DNA from: Kiritimatiellia bacterium
GTDB lineage: Bacteria; Verrucomicrobiota; Kiritimatiellia; RFP12; UBA1067
Assembly: GCA_017454745.1 (NCBI GenBank)
Contig: JAFTCL010000007.1
Coordinates: 9,034 to 73,033, forward strand
Reading direction: 5' to 3'
DNA: 64,000 bases
Shown: one piece after another, positions 1-8,900 of the stretch
Layout of the letters: every line of letters begins with the position of its first letter
How positions within the stretch are numbered: position 1 is the stretch's first letter
The notes under the pieces: generated by a model
What the model was told of the DNA's origin: nothing
Database searches by the model: none
Seen by the model: only the letters and a program-made list of their open reading frames with translations
Position numbers and translations under genes: made by a program

Positions 1-325
1 AATCCGGCTTCGGGTCGTACGCCTCAAGCTGGATGTGGCCTTTACCCGCCAACTCGTACTCTTTTAGCAAGTCCTGGACTTGGGTGGCATAGGTTTTGAG
101 GCCCATCGGCATTTCCGAAGAACTGCTGCTGCAATAAAACTTCAGCGTGACGTCATTTTCCAGCTTGCCGAGAATCGCCTTTGAACCGGACGAAAGCGTG
201 TAAAGCTTCTCGGCTGTAAGATCGCCGCGCAACCGCAGGTTGGAAAGGATCAGGTTCACCGCGGCGATAATCGCCAACAGCAGCACCAAGCCAACCACGC
301 CATTGAAAAATTTCTGATTCTTCAT
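1..325 (-). CDS. ABC-2 transporter auxiliary component, GldG-like (N-terminal part; 3' end runs off the window)
   Basis: Manual minus-strand translation from the ATG at 325: MKNQKFFNGVVGLVLLLAIIAAVNLILSNLRLRGDLTAEKLYTLSSGSK... This is a signal-anchor followed by a GldG-like N-terminus. It sits immediately downstream of the ABC-2 permease. It is absent from the ORF track because no stop falls inside the window. Confidence 0.6.
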   Translation of the reverse strand, partial: MKNQKFFNGVVGLVLLLAIIAAVNLILSNLRLRGDLTAEKLYTLSSGSKAILGKLENDVTLKFYCSSSSSEMPMGLKTYATQVQDLLKEYELAGKGHIQLEAYDPKPD

Positions 326-326
326 C

Positions 327-1067
327 TTATTTGCCCCGTTCGGTAACCAGCTTGGCCGCAGCCAGCATAAAGACCATCACCCCGACGTAATATCCGATAT
401 CCGCCAGATCCACAACCCCGCGGCGCATCGCGTCGTAATGCTGCATCAGCGAGCAAGACGCGACGGCATCCACGATTTTGGACGGGACGCCCCAATTCGC
501 CACCGCGTTGATGACCGGATCGAAACCGATGATCAGCATCAAGAAACAGATGGCCAGCGCGATAACAAAGCCGATAACCTGGCTGCGCGAGAGCGCGGAG
601 GCGAAAACGCCGATCGCCACGCAGGCGCCCGCCAGAAGCAGCGACCCGAAATAGCCGCAGAAAACCGCCCCTCCGTCAGGGTCGCCCAGCCATGCGGTGG
701 TAGCCACCACCGGGAAGGTCAGACCCAGCGCGATCCCGATAAACGCCCACGCGGCAAGGAATTTGCCGACCAGCGCCTCGGTAAGGGTAATCGGCAACGT
801 CAACAGCAGCTCGATCGTGCCGCTGCGGCGCTCCTCCGACCACAACCCCATCGTCACCGCCGGGATCAACAGGAGGTACACCCACGGATGCCAGAAGAAG
901 AACGGCATCAGATTGGCCTGACGGCGCTCGTAATACATCGCCACCCCGAAGGTGAGGAACCCGATCAGTACCAGAAACGCCACCAGAAACACATAAGCCA
1001 CCGGCGAGTCGAAATAGGACTTGAACTCGCGCTGGAAGATGGTCTTGACATTTTTGCAATTAAACAT
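327..1067 (-). CDS. ABC-2 family transporter permease (GldF-like)
   Basis: 246-aa polytopic membrane protein. It overlaps the upstream ATPase gene by 8 nt, which is the typical ATPase-permease-auxiliary operon arrangement. Confidence 0.8.
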   Translation of the reverse strand: MFNCKNVKTIFQREFKSYFDSPVAYVFLVAFLVLIGFLTFGVAMYYERRQANLMPFFFWHPWVYLLLIPAVTMGLWSEERRSGTIELLLTLPITLTEALVGKFLAAWAFIGIALGLTFPVVATTAWLGDPDGGAVFCGYFGSLLLAGACVAIGVFASALSRSQVIGFVIALAICFLMLIIGFDPVINAVANWGVPSKIVDAVASCSLMQHYDAMRRGVVDLADIGYYVGVMVFMLAAAKLVTERGK

Positions 1068-1794
1068 TCGCGGCCTCCTCCCCGTTCATGGTCAGCTTGC
1101 GGAACACCACATCCAGTTCGCCGCTCGGGTCTTTCGCCCGCAACTCGTTCGGAGTGCCGTCGGCCTTGATTTCGCCGTGCGCGATAATCAAAGCGCGGGT
1201 ACACACCGCATCGACCTCCTCCAGTATGTGGGTGGAAACGATGATCGCCTTGTCTTCCGCCATTTCCCTGATCATTTTCCGCACCACGAACTTCTGGTTC
1301 GGATCCAAGCCGTCCGTGGGCTCGTCCATAATCAGCACCTTGGGATCGTGGATTATGGCCTGGGCGAAACAGGTGCGCTGGCGGAAACCTTTGGACAGCG
1401 TCTCGATGGTCTGTCCGCGCACGGTGGTCAGCTGGGCTTTCTCCAGCGCCGCTTCGACCTTGGACTTAACCTCCGCGCCGGTGAAACCGCGCACCTTGGC
1501 GATAAAGGTGAGAAAATCTGTCACAGTCATGGTGCGATAACTTGGCGCATTCTCCGGCAGGTAACCGATGCAGGACTTTGCCCCGACCGGATCAAGCAGA
1601 ATGTCATGGCCGCAAATCTCCGCCGTGCCGTCGCTGGGGGGCAGAAACCCCGTAATCATGCGCATTGTCGTGGACTTCCCGGCGCCGTTCGGGCCAAGAA
1701 ACCCTAAGACCTCGCCCTTTCCGACCTCGAAGGAAATACCCTTGACGGCCTGGAAAGAACCGAAGCTCTTCTTCAGGTTTTTAACCTTAAGCAT
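1060..1794 (-). CDS. ABC transporter ATP-binding protein
   Basis: Walker A GPNGAGKSTT, ABC signature LSKGFRQR and Walker B LIMDEPTDGLD. The start is trimmed to MLKVKNLKKSFG, so the ORF-track N-terminal extension is probably not translated. Confidence 0.9.
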   Translation of the reverse strand: MLKVKNLKKSFGSFQAVKGISFEVGKGEVLGFLGPNGAGKSTTMRMITGFLPPSDGTAEICGHDILLDPVGAKSCIGYLPENAPSYRTMTVTDFLTFIAKVRGFTGAEVKSKVEAALEKAQLTTVRGQTIETLSKGFRQRTCFAQAIIHDPKVLIMDEPTDGLDPNQKFVVRKMIREMAEDKAIIVSTHILEEVDAVCTRALIIAHGEIKADGTPNELRAKDPSGELDVVFRKLTMNGEEAANV

Positions 1795-2125
1795 CTTTAT
1801 CCCTCTTTTTTGTTTGCCAAAAAACCTTTTCCCCTCTGAAAAACGGGAACACTTTATTTTAGCAAAATACATGCCAGTTTGTCCAGCTTTAGTGAAGGCA
1901 ATCAACCGGTCGTGGTACATCCGCGAATCTCGCGCCACAAGGGGAAGCGATTTACTCGCGCAGAGACGCGGAATTTAACCCACAATCCGCGGTACGCGAA
2001 TAAAAACATGAGAGCCAGTTGCAAAACCTGCTTTTATGTCTCACGCAAAGTCCGCTAAGTTCGCAAAGCAACCATAAAACCCGACTTCGCGTACTTTGCA
2101 AACTTGGCGTGATATGTTTGACTCA

Positions 2126-2167
2126 GTTAGGAGAGGTTGAAGCCCGACGGCAGGACGCGCGTCATGC
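2126..2167 (+). repeat. 42-bp exact direct repeat, copy 1 (gttaggagaggttgaagcccgacggcaggacgcgcgtcatgc)
   Basis: Identical 42-mer to 11761-11802. Copy 1 extends into an inverted repeat (cgacggcag at 2145-2153 pairing with ctgccgtcg at 2173-2181). It lies just 3' of the stop of the 2195-3985 gene. Confidence 0.9.
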
Positions 2168-2194
2168 ACGCTCTGCCGTCGACCGTTCGACCGG

Positions 2195-3985
2195 CTACTT
2201 CTGCACCTTTATGGAGTAGAATCCCGATTTGCCGCCCTTGACCGTAATGTTCGGCGTCCACTTTGCCCCATCGCCCACCTTACTGTCGCCATTCGCCATG
2301 TCTTGGAGAGTTGCCCCTTCGATGAGGATGTATGTAAGTCCCCGCCGTGTCGGGGGTGTCGTGATAGACGGATTTTCTGGCGTAAGTTCTATCACCGCGC
2401 CCTTTTCCGTATCCATCGCCTCCCTGACAAACGCTTCCTTTACCGTCGCCGCGGTAAGATTGATTGCGCCTGAAGCGTCGGCAGCGGGAATATTTAGATA
2501 CGGCGTGATGTCATATCCATGGGCGACGACCTTTACCGCCGCCCCGTTCGCGGTTACGCGCTCAACATCCGGGGCAACCTCCACGGTCACCTTCTCGTGC
2601 GCAATGCCGGCGGGGATTATGACTACCACATTCTTGTTGCCATAGCTTGGCCTTACGACGAAACCGTCATCTTTATTGCCCGCCAGCTCAAACACGGCAT
2701 CGTCTTCAACGTACGGCGCATCGGCGACTCCGGCGACTTGCCACTCCACATCATCCAGCCATACGCAATCCAAGCCATCGGCATCGCTGACATCCTTTAT
2801 ATAAGTCCATCGTAGCGTATGCCGTCCATCACCGGTTATGTCGCACGAAACCTTTCCCCACCCATGCATGCCGTCCTGCCACGCCATGCAGACGCCATCG
2901 ACCGAAAACTCCACCCTGTCCCACGGCATCCCCTCATCATCCGTTTCCTCGCACGAGGTCATCCACCAGAAAGACACCGCGCCGCTGCCGTCGACCGTGG
3001 TCTCCAGCCAACTCTCCTGTTCATCGGAGATTCTCCCACTCCTCAACGACTCCCCGCCGCCACGGCCGTTAGACACGTCCCGAGTCCAGCCGGCATCGCC
3101 GGCCGTTGTGAAAGCGAGATCCGGCGCGTTCACGCCGTCTCCCAACGCCCATTCACGGGTTAACGTCGTCTCCACGGTCTCGGACGGCTTGCAGTTTGTC
3201 TTGAATGCCCTCGCTCGGATCGTCACCGTTTCGCCCGCCGCGAGGTTGATATCGAACGGCCCGGCGTAAACTGGGCTGTCTTCCGTCGGCTCGTCCCCGA
3301 GGAGCGAATAGCGGATAACTGCATCCTCAGTATCGCACGAAAGCGTCACCTGCCGCGTCTGGTTGCCAGTGAAAGTCAGATCGCCCTCGACGGCGATCTC
3401 CGGCACCGCCACCACGCCGAACCAATATTGCCCCTGTGTAGTCAGCGCCAGCTCTCCGTCCAGAAACGCCCCCACTGTCACCGTCATCGCGCTTTTCACG
3501 GTAAACGCCTTGAAGACGGGACTATCCGATGTCGGAGTCGTCCCATCGGTAGTGTACCGCAGCTCCGCCCCCTCCACCGAGCAAGAGGCGGAGAGTTTCA
3601 CAGACTTCGCAAGAATGTTCTCGCCAGGCAACGAAAGAGTCAGCCCGCATGATACATAGGCTTTGTAAACTTCAGCCTGGGCCGCGCCGTTGATATAGGT
3701 AGTGTAGGTGAGTTCGTGGCGGCCAAGGCCAGAAAGCCCATGCGCGAATTCTCCGCTGCCGGTCACGCGTCTCACCTCGTTGCCGTTGTCCGCAATCACC
3801 ACCGTCGCATCTGCGTCGCCGCCGATCCATGACGCGTCCCACGGCAAAGCAACTGTGCACAGTACAGGCTCCACCCCCGTGCGCGAATCAACCTTGACCG
3901 GCGCGCTCTCGCACGAGCAAATGACCCGCCCAAGCGATGTCATAGCCATCGCAACTGCAAGAGCGGCTATTATCGTCTTTCGCAT
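2195..3985 (-). CDS. Secreted hypothetical protein with repeated chitobiase/beta-hexosaminidase C-terminal-like (Fn3/Ig-like) domains
   Basis: Signal peptide MRKTIIAALAVAMAMTSLG. Repeated modules such as LRYTTDGTTPTSDSPVFKAF and IRYSLLGDEPTEDSPVYAGPF. No catalytic motif recognised. Confidence 0.5.
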   Translation of the reverse strand: MRKTIIAALAVAMAMTSLGRVICSCESAPVKVDSRTGVEPVLCTVALPWDASWIGGDADATVVIADNGNEVRRVTGSGEFAHGLSGLGRHELTYTTYINGAAQAEVYKAYVSCGLTLSLPGENILAKSVKLSASCSVEGAELRYTTDGTTPTSDSPVFKAFTVKSAMTVTVGAFLDGELALTTQGQYWFGVVAVPEIAVEGDLTFTGNQTRQVTLSCDTEDAVIRYSLLGDEPTEDSPVYAGPFDINLAAGETVTIRARAFKTNCKPSETVETTLTREWALGDGVNAPDLAFTTAGDAGWTRDVSNGRGGGESLRSGRISDEQESWLETTVDGSGAVSFWWMTSCEETDDEGMPWDRVEFSVDGVCMAWQDGMHGWGKVSCDITGDGRHTLRWTYIKDVSDADGLDCVWLDDVEWQVAGVADAPYVEDDAVFELAGNKDDGFVVRPSYGNKNVVVIIPAGIAHEKVTVEVAPDVERVTANGAAVKVVAHGYDITPYLNIPAADASGAINLTAATVKEAFVREAMDTEKGAVIELTPENPSITTPPTRRGLTYILIEGATLQDMANGDSKVGDGAKWTPNITVKGGKSGFYSIKVQK

Positions 3986-3989
3986 AATG

Positions 3990-5291
3990 CTATTCCTCCT
4001 GTTGAAAGTGTTCCGGCGCGGCGGTTGCTTGCGCTACTGGCCGGCCGGGATTGTGCATGTTCGTCTCCGTTTCACGGAGCACTGGCGTACCGAAATGGAA
4101 CCCTGTCTGTTCTGACACGGTGCTGACAAGGCGGAAGCCGTCGTTGTTGTTCTCGTTCGACGGGTTATTGTTGTTCCGGTTGGACGAGTTGCAGTTGTCC
4201 GCATTGTTGTTCCAGCTGCCGCCGCGTTTCACCCGGTTCGACCCGGAGGAAGAACCTTCTTTCGACGCCAAATCCTTCAGAATCCCCTTGAAGCCAAACC
4301 AGCGCGACGCACCATCGCTCGACGCTACGCACTGTGCAAAACGCTTTTCATTCAGCATCCCATTTTCAAACTGCCGCACGCGTTGGGCATACGTTCGCCT
4401 TGTTCGTATGAATCGTACCCGCTTAAGCCGCCAGCAGTTCGGCCAAATGCGCAGTCCAAGAAACGGCACACCATCCGACACTGGAGCAACGACTGTCGCG
4501 CCATCCTTGACTTCAAGACCTCTTTCCTCTTCAAGCCACCGTTTCGCCTCGTCATGCAAATGCCACGCCATCGCCTTGGAATCCGCAAAGAACACAAAGT
4601 CATCCATGTAACGAACATAAGGTACTGACGAAGGCGCGGTAAAACCGCGCCTTGCAACTATCGCTCCCATCCCGCAAATCGCAAGATGGTCGAAAGCGTC
4701 AAGGTACGCATTCGCAAACCATTGACTAGTAAGGTTGCCTATCGGCAGCCCGCGCCCTGTCGACAACCCAGGCACGGGGTGCCGCACGATCAGCTCAATC
4801 AAGTTCTTCACGCTTGTCTCGCGGAATTTCGGCAACAACACACCCAGCAACCATTCATGGCCAATGCTGTCGAAATACTTGCGGATGTCCATCTTGCAAA
4901 AGTATTTGGCCTGGCCTGCATACCGCCGCACCAACGCGCATGCCGCATGTGCGCCATATCCTTTACGGCAGGCGAAACTGACGGGAACGAAACTGCGTTC
5001 GATCAACGGTGCAATCACGCCGCAAAGCGCATGATGCACGACCCTGTCGGCCACCGGGGCGCAACTGATCGTTCTTGGTTTGGGATCGAATATCCTGAAC
5101 TGACGATAATCCGACGGCCGATATCTGCCGTTTATCAATTTGTCGCGCAAACAAGCAAGATTAACATCAAGGCAGGCTTCAAATTCTTGTACTGCGACAG
5201 ACGGCGCATGGCCTCGTCTCACGCGTCGCCAAGCCTTGCGAAGATTCTCTTCAGAGACAATCTTCACCCAAATGCCGCCGTAAGATCTCAC
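3990..5291 (-). CDS. DGR-type reverse transcriptase (RT domain about 4260-5291; the uninterrupted ORF continues in frame through the template repeat)
   Basis: RT motifs PRTISCAPVADRVVHHAL, KMDIRKYFDSI and YVRYMDDFVFFA (YxDD box). The start overlaps the upstream HRDC gene by 4 nt. Residues about 346-391 of the ORF are the TR translated in the VR frame (GSSSGSNRVKRGGSWNNNADNCNSSNRNNNNPSNENNNDGFRLV). Confidence 0.85.
   Translation of the reverse strand: MRSYGGIWVKIVSEENLRKAWRRVRRGHAPSVAVQEFEACLDVNLACLRDKLINGRYRPSDYRQFRIFDPKPRTISCAPVADRVVHHALCGVIAPLIERSFVPVSFACRKGYGAHAACALVRRYAGQAKYFCKMDIRKYFDSIGHEWLLGVLLPKFRETSVKNLIELIVRHPVPGLSTGRGLPIGNLTSQWFANAYLDAFDHLAICGMGAIVARRGFTAPSSVPYVRYMDDFVFFADSKAMAWHLHDEAKRWLEEERGLEVKDGATVVAPVSDGVPFLGLRIWPNCWRLKRVRFIRTRRTYAQRVRQFENGMLNEKRFAQCVASSDGASRWFGFKGILKDLASKEGSSSGSNRVKRGGSWNNNADNCNSSNRNNNNPSNENNNDGFRLVSTVSEQTGFHFGTPVLRETETNMHNPGRPVAQATAAPEHFQQEE
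4113..4256 (-). repeat. DGR template repeat (TR), including the IMH*-like 3' end
   Basis: About 134 bp of near-identity to the 3' end of the target gene (5941-6074). Homology is weaker over the terminal about 10 nt (4113-4122 vs 5931-5940). All but one TR/VR difference fall at coding-strand adenines of the TR. The TR is rich in AAC/AAT codons (15 Asn). Confidence 0.85.
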
Positions 5292-5848
5292 GCGATCACC
5301 TCCCCATCGTTTGAAGCGGCTGGACTGCAGTTTTCCGGAGGCTGCGGCCTATCACCTTTGGAAAGCGGCGCATCCGCCGCTTTCATACCTGCGCCGCCCA
5401 TCAGCTCCAACACGCTCTTCCCATACTTAACGCAAAAACCTTCTCCTAAACCTTCAACCTCCTTTATGCCTGACAGCGACTTGGGCATAGCTTTCACTAG
5501 TTCCGCCAATTGAGTGTTTCTCGCTATCGCATACGCCGGCCGGCCTTCGGCTTTCGCCGTTTCGTTTCTCCATGTCTTCAACGCGCGGTAGCAAGTTTTT
5601 TGTGCATCCGTAAGACCATCCTCGGGATTCGGTGCTGTCGCATCTCGTGGACGGTACGAACCCGCGTTCTCGTATTCTGGAGAATCTCCAAGCGACAAAA
5701 CGAGCGACAAATGGGGAACATTGCCATGCACAAAGAAATGTTCAGAGACATTCAACACCTCACGCCCGAATGTGGCAATACGTAGTGCTTCTTCAGGGAA
5801 ACCCTGAAGCGCCTCGTTGTATCGCAATGTGACAACCCGTATCTGCAT
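5288..5848 (-). CDS. DGR accessory protein with C-terminal HRDC-like domain (used in place of Avd)
   Basis: C-terminal segment GRPAYAIARNTQLAELVKAMPKSLSGIKEVEGLGEGFCVKYGKSVLE resembles the HRDC fold. It lies between the target gene and the RT and overlaps the RT start. The N-terminal extent is uncertain. Confidence 0.6.
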   Translation of the reverse strand: MQIRVVTLRYNEALQGFPEEALRIATFGREVLNVSEHFFVHGNVPHLSLVLSLGDSPEYENAGSYRPRDATAPNPEDGLTDAQKTCYRALKTWRNETAKAEGRPAYAIARNTQLAELVKAMPKSLSGIKEVEGLGEGFCVKYGKSVLELMGGAGMKAADAPLSKGDRPQPPENCSPAASNDGEVIA

Positions 5849-5918
5849 GGTTTGTGCCTCGCTGGCTGGTCGGCCCGTGCGCTACCGCGCCGGTCCGCCC
5901 GCCCTTGCGCTCCGCGTA

Positions 5919-8900
5919 TTATTCATTATTTGACAGGGTTCTGACAAGGCGGAAGCCGTCGTTGTTGTACCCGTCCGACGGGTAGCCGCTGCTCCGGTTG
6001 GACGAGCCGCAGTTGTCCGCAATGCTGCGCCAGCTGCCGCCGCGTTCCACCCGGCCCGACCCGGAGGAAGAACCCTTTGGGTCTGTCACTCCGCTTGATA
6101 GACTGCCATACCAATCAAGGCACCATTCCCACACATTGCCACTCATGTCGTACAAGCCCCAAGCGTTAGGATTCTTTGTTCCAACGGGTTGCGTTCCACT
6201 GCTTGAATTACTACCATACCACGCATAGCCGCCGTCCATCGAATCCCCCCAGTAATATACTGTCGTTGCTCCCGCGCGGCAGGCAAATTCCCACTGAGCC
6301 TCGGTGGGAAGGTCGAAATCCAACCCCGTCCGGGCGCGCAGCTTGCCCATGAACGATGAAGAATCCACCGCTGATGATGACGGCCAATCCGAGCCTGCCG
6401 ATGAGCCTCGGATTGAATTGTAGCTAACTTTCTCCACGGGCCGAGTGTCTCCGGAGAAATAGGACGGATTCGATCCCGTCACCAACATATACTGTTTCTG
6501 CGTCACCTCGAACACGCCGCAATAGAACGGTTCCGTCAATGTCACGTCATACGATCCGCGCATCTTGAACGAACCCGGCCCGATGAGACGCAGCACCAGT
6601 TTTGTCGTCTTGTACTCGTCCGACCAACCGCCGGGCGGGATTTCCGCGAGATATGAGACCGGATACGACGATGCGCCGGATCCGGCCGAAAGGTCAATCA
6701 CGCAGTATTTTTCATAATGTTGATACCCAACCGAAAACACCACGGCATCCGAGTTGATTTCCAGTCCCTGCGCATTCAGATCCCAGACAACGTGATGCGA
6801 ACCTTCATCCGTTCCCGTGTCGCCGGAGAGCGCGGAAGCGGCAGCCGCGTATGTCGTGCCGTCCACGCGGTTCGACGCCGTTAACGAAAGGAAGGGCATC
6901 ACCCCTGACGGCAGTCCCGCTGTCACATCACCAACCACGGTGTAAGTGACATCAACCTTCCCGTTCCACGGATACCGCTGTTTAGCCGTGACGTTCCGAA
7001 TCATTACAGTATCCCACTTCGCGTACAGCGTCGCCACCGATGATGACACCGTGTTCGTGGCATACACACGCGTTGTCAGCGACGAATCGGAACACCACCC
7101 TGCGAACGTGAAGCCGCTCTTCACCGGCGTCGGCAGACTGCCGTACGTGCCGCCGACCGTGTACTGCTGCGAACTGCACGAGCTCCCGCCGTTAGAGCTG
7201 AACGAGACCGTAATGTATTCTATCCACCATGCATAAAGCGTTGTCCCACTTGTCTTGTCCCACATCCTTGCACTTGCGCCGGAACCCGTGTAGTACTGTG
7301 TTCCGTATCCATCCGTAGATGTGTAATAGCCCCCGAACGAGTAGCCAGTTCGAGTTGGCGGTGTTATGGACGGCATCGCGCTTCCGTATGTCGCCGTAAC
7401 GCTTGACGTGCCATCGCTTCCGCCATACCGGTCCAGCGCAACATTATAGGTGTTTGCCGTCCATTTCGCGTATAGCGTTGTCCCACATGTCTTGTCCCAC
7501 ATCCTTGCACTTGCGCCGGAACCCGTGTAGTACTGTGTTCCGTATCCATCCGTAGAAGTGTAATAGCCCCCGAACGAGTAGCCAGTTCGAGTTGGCGGTG
7601 TTATGGACGGCATCGCGCTTCCGCATACTGCATACACTGCCTCCGTGCCACCGCTTCCCGACTTCATATTTAACGTCACTTTTGGCGCCCAAGACACTTT
7701 ATCCAAGTAGGCAGACACCAAACCGCTCTGATACGATGAATCTGTGCTTTTACACTCCCATTTAATTTTATGAGTGCCCGCCGAAATCGAGAAAGTTCGC
7801 TGTTCAAAATCAGAAAACATACCGGTAGCATAATTCGGATCCAGAGGATTATCCCCGTCAACAGAAAATTCTAACGAGTCAAAATGTGATTTCCCCGATA
7901 TATACCACCAGAAAGAGAGCCTTCCCGGACCTGTAACTGTTGTCTCAATTTGTCCACACTTGCTAACGCTATACATAGAACAACAGGCAGCGTCCACACC
8001 ATCATAACTTTTAGCCGTTTGAGCGTACCACGGGAAATCCCCACTTGTCGAAAATTCAAGGAATTCATTGTCCAAAGCTTCGGAAAGTGCCAACTGTGGC
8101 ATCTGGGCTGCCTCTTGGGTAAATTTATGGGTTTGAACACTGTTTCCACATGTAAACGTGATTGTAACTTCACGTTCATAAGGTGTCGTATTTGCGGCAA
8201 CTTCATATGAGGCAGTAAAACTTCCTTTGAATGGCGTCACCGGCATTGTAGACCACGACCAAAACGAACCTCCCCAGCCAGACACAGTTTCCTCCTCTGT
8301 CCACGAGGAATCGCACGAGATCTTGATTGTTCCAGTTCCCCCTGAAGCCGGTATCGTTCTCGTTTGCGGCGACACGCTGATTCCTCCATTTCCGGACGAA
8401 GCGGTGATCGTCACAGACTTCGTTATCGACTTGCCACCGTATTCGGCTTTGATTGTCACACTCTGCAACGACGACACACTATTAGCCGTCAGTTTGCCAG
8501 ACGAATTAATGGAAGCATAAGAACTTCCAGAAGTTATCGACCACGAGGGCGAAACCGATTTCGTCGATCCATCGCTCATGGTAGCAGTACATGTGTATGC
8601 GGCGTTGCCGCCGGACGATACGCTGGATGCCCCGGAAATGGCGATGGAAGAAACGGTCAAAGAGGAGGAGGAACCCGCAGCCTGCTTGATGGTGAGGTAA
8701 TCGCCAAAAGTGTTCAGTTTGGCGCGCCACGACCTTTCCGCCCCGGTGTTTTCAAAACAATTCGCGGTGATTACTATCGGCTGGAATCCGTTCCCGCGGT
8801 CAAACAAATAGGCGGAATTGTATTCCGATTCCCCATAAAGCACGGCATTGATATCGTACAGCGCAATACCGTATTTATATTCGTATGCCGTTGTCCCGGC

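Noticed and set aside
438-1169. Long plus-strand ORFs antisense to real genes. Examples: 438-1169, 15685-17166 (493 aa), 17197-18801 (534 aa), 39130-41157 (675 aa), 30234-30962, 46602-47717.
   Set aside because: These are Arg/Gly/Pro-rich, low-complexity translations lying entirely inside well-supported minus-strand genes (ABC permease, coiled-coil/E1, argB/argJ, TPR, GH92). They are typical stop-codon-poor shadow ORFs of high-GC DNA.
2145-2181. Rho-independent terminator downstream of the 2195-3985 gene (9-bp stem cgacggcag/ctgccgtcg).
   Set aside because: On the transcribed (minus) strand the stem-loop is not followed by a U-rich tract, so it is not a canonical intrinsic terminator. It is part of the 42-bp repeat region instead.
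3990-4260. Possibility that the Asn-rich lectin-like C-terminus of the RT ORF is a genuine fused domain or a second DGR target.
   Set aside because: The segment has AAC/AAT codons at exactly the positions that vary in the target VR and is otherwise identical to it. That pattern is what defines a template repeat, not a diversified copy.
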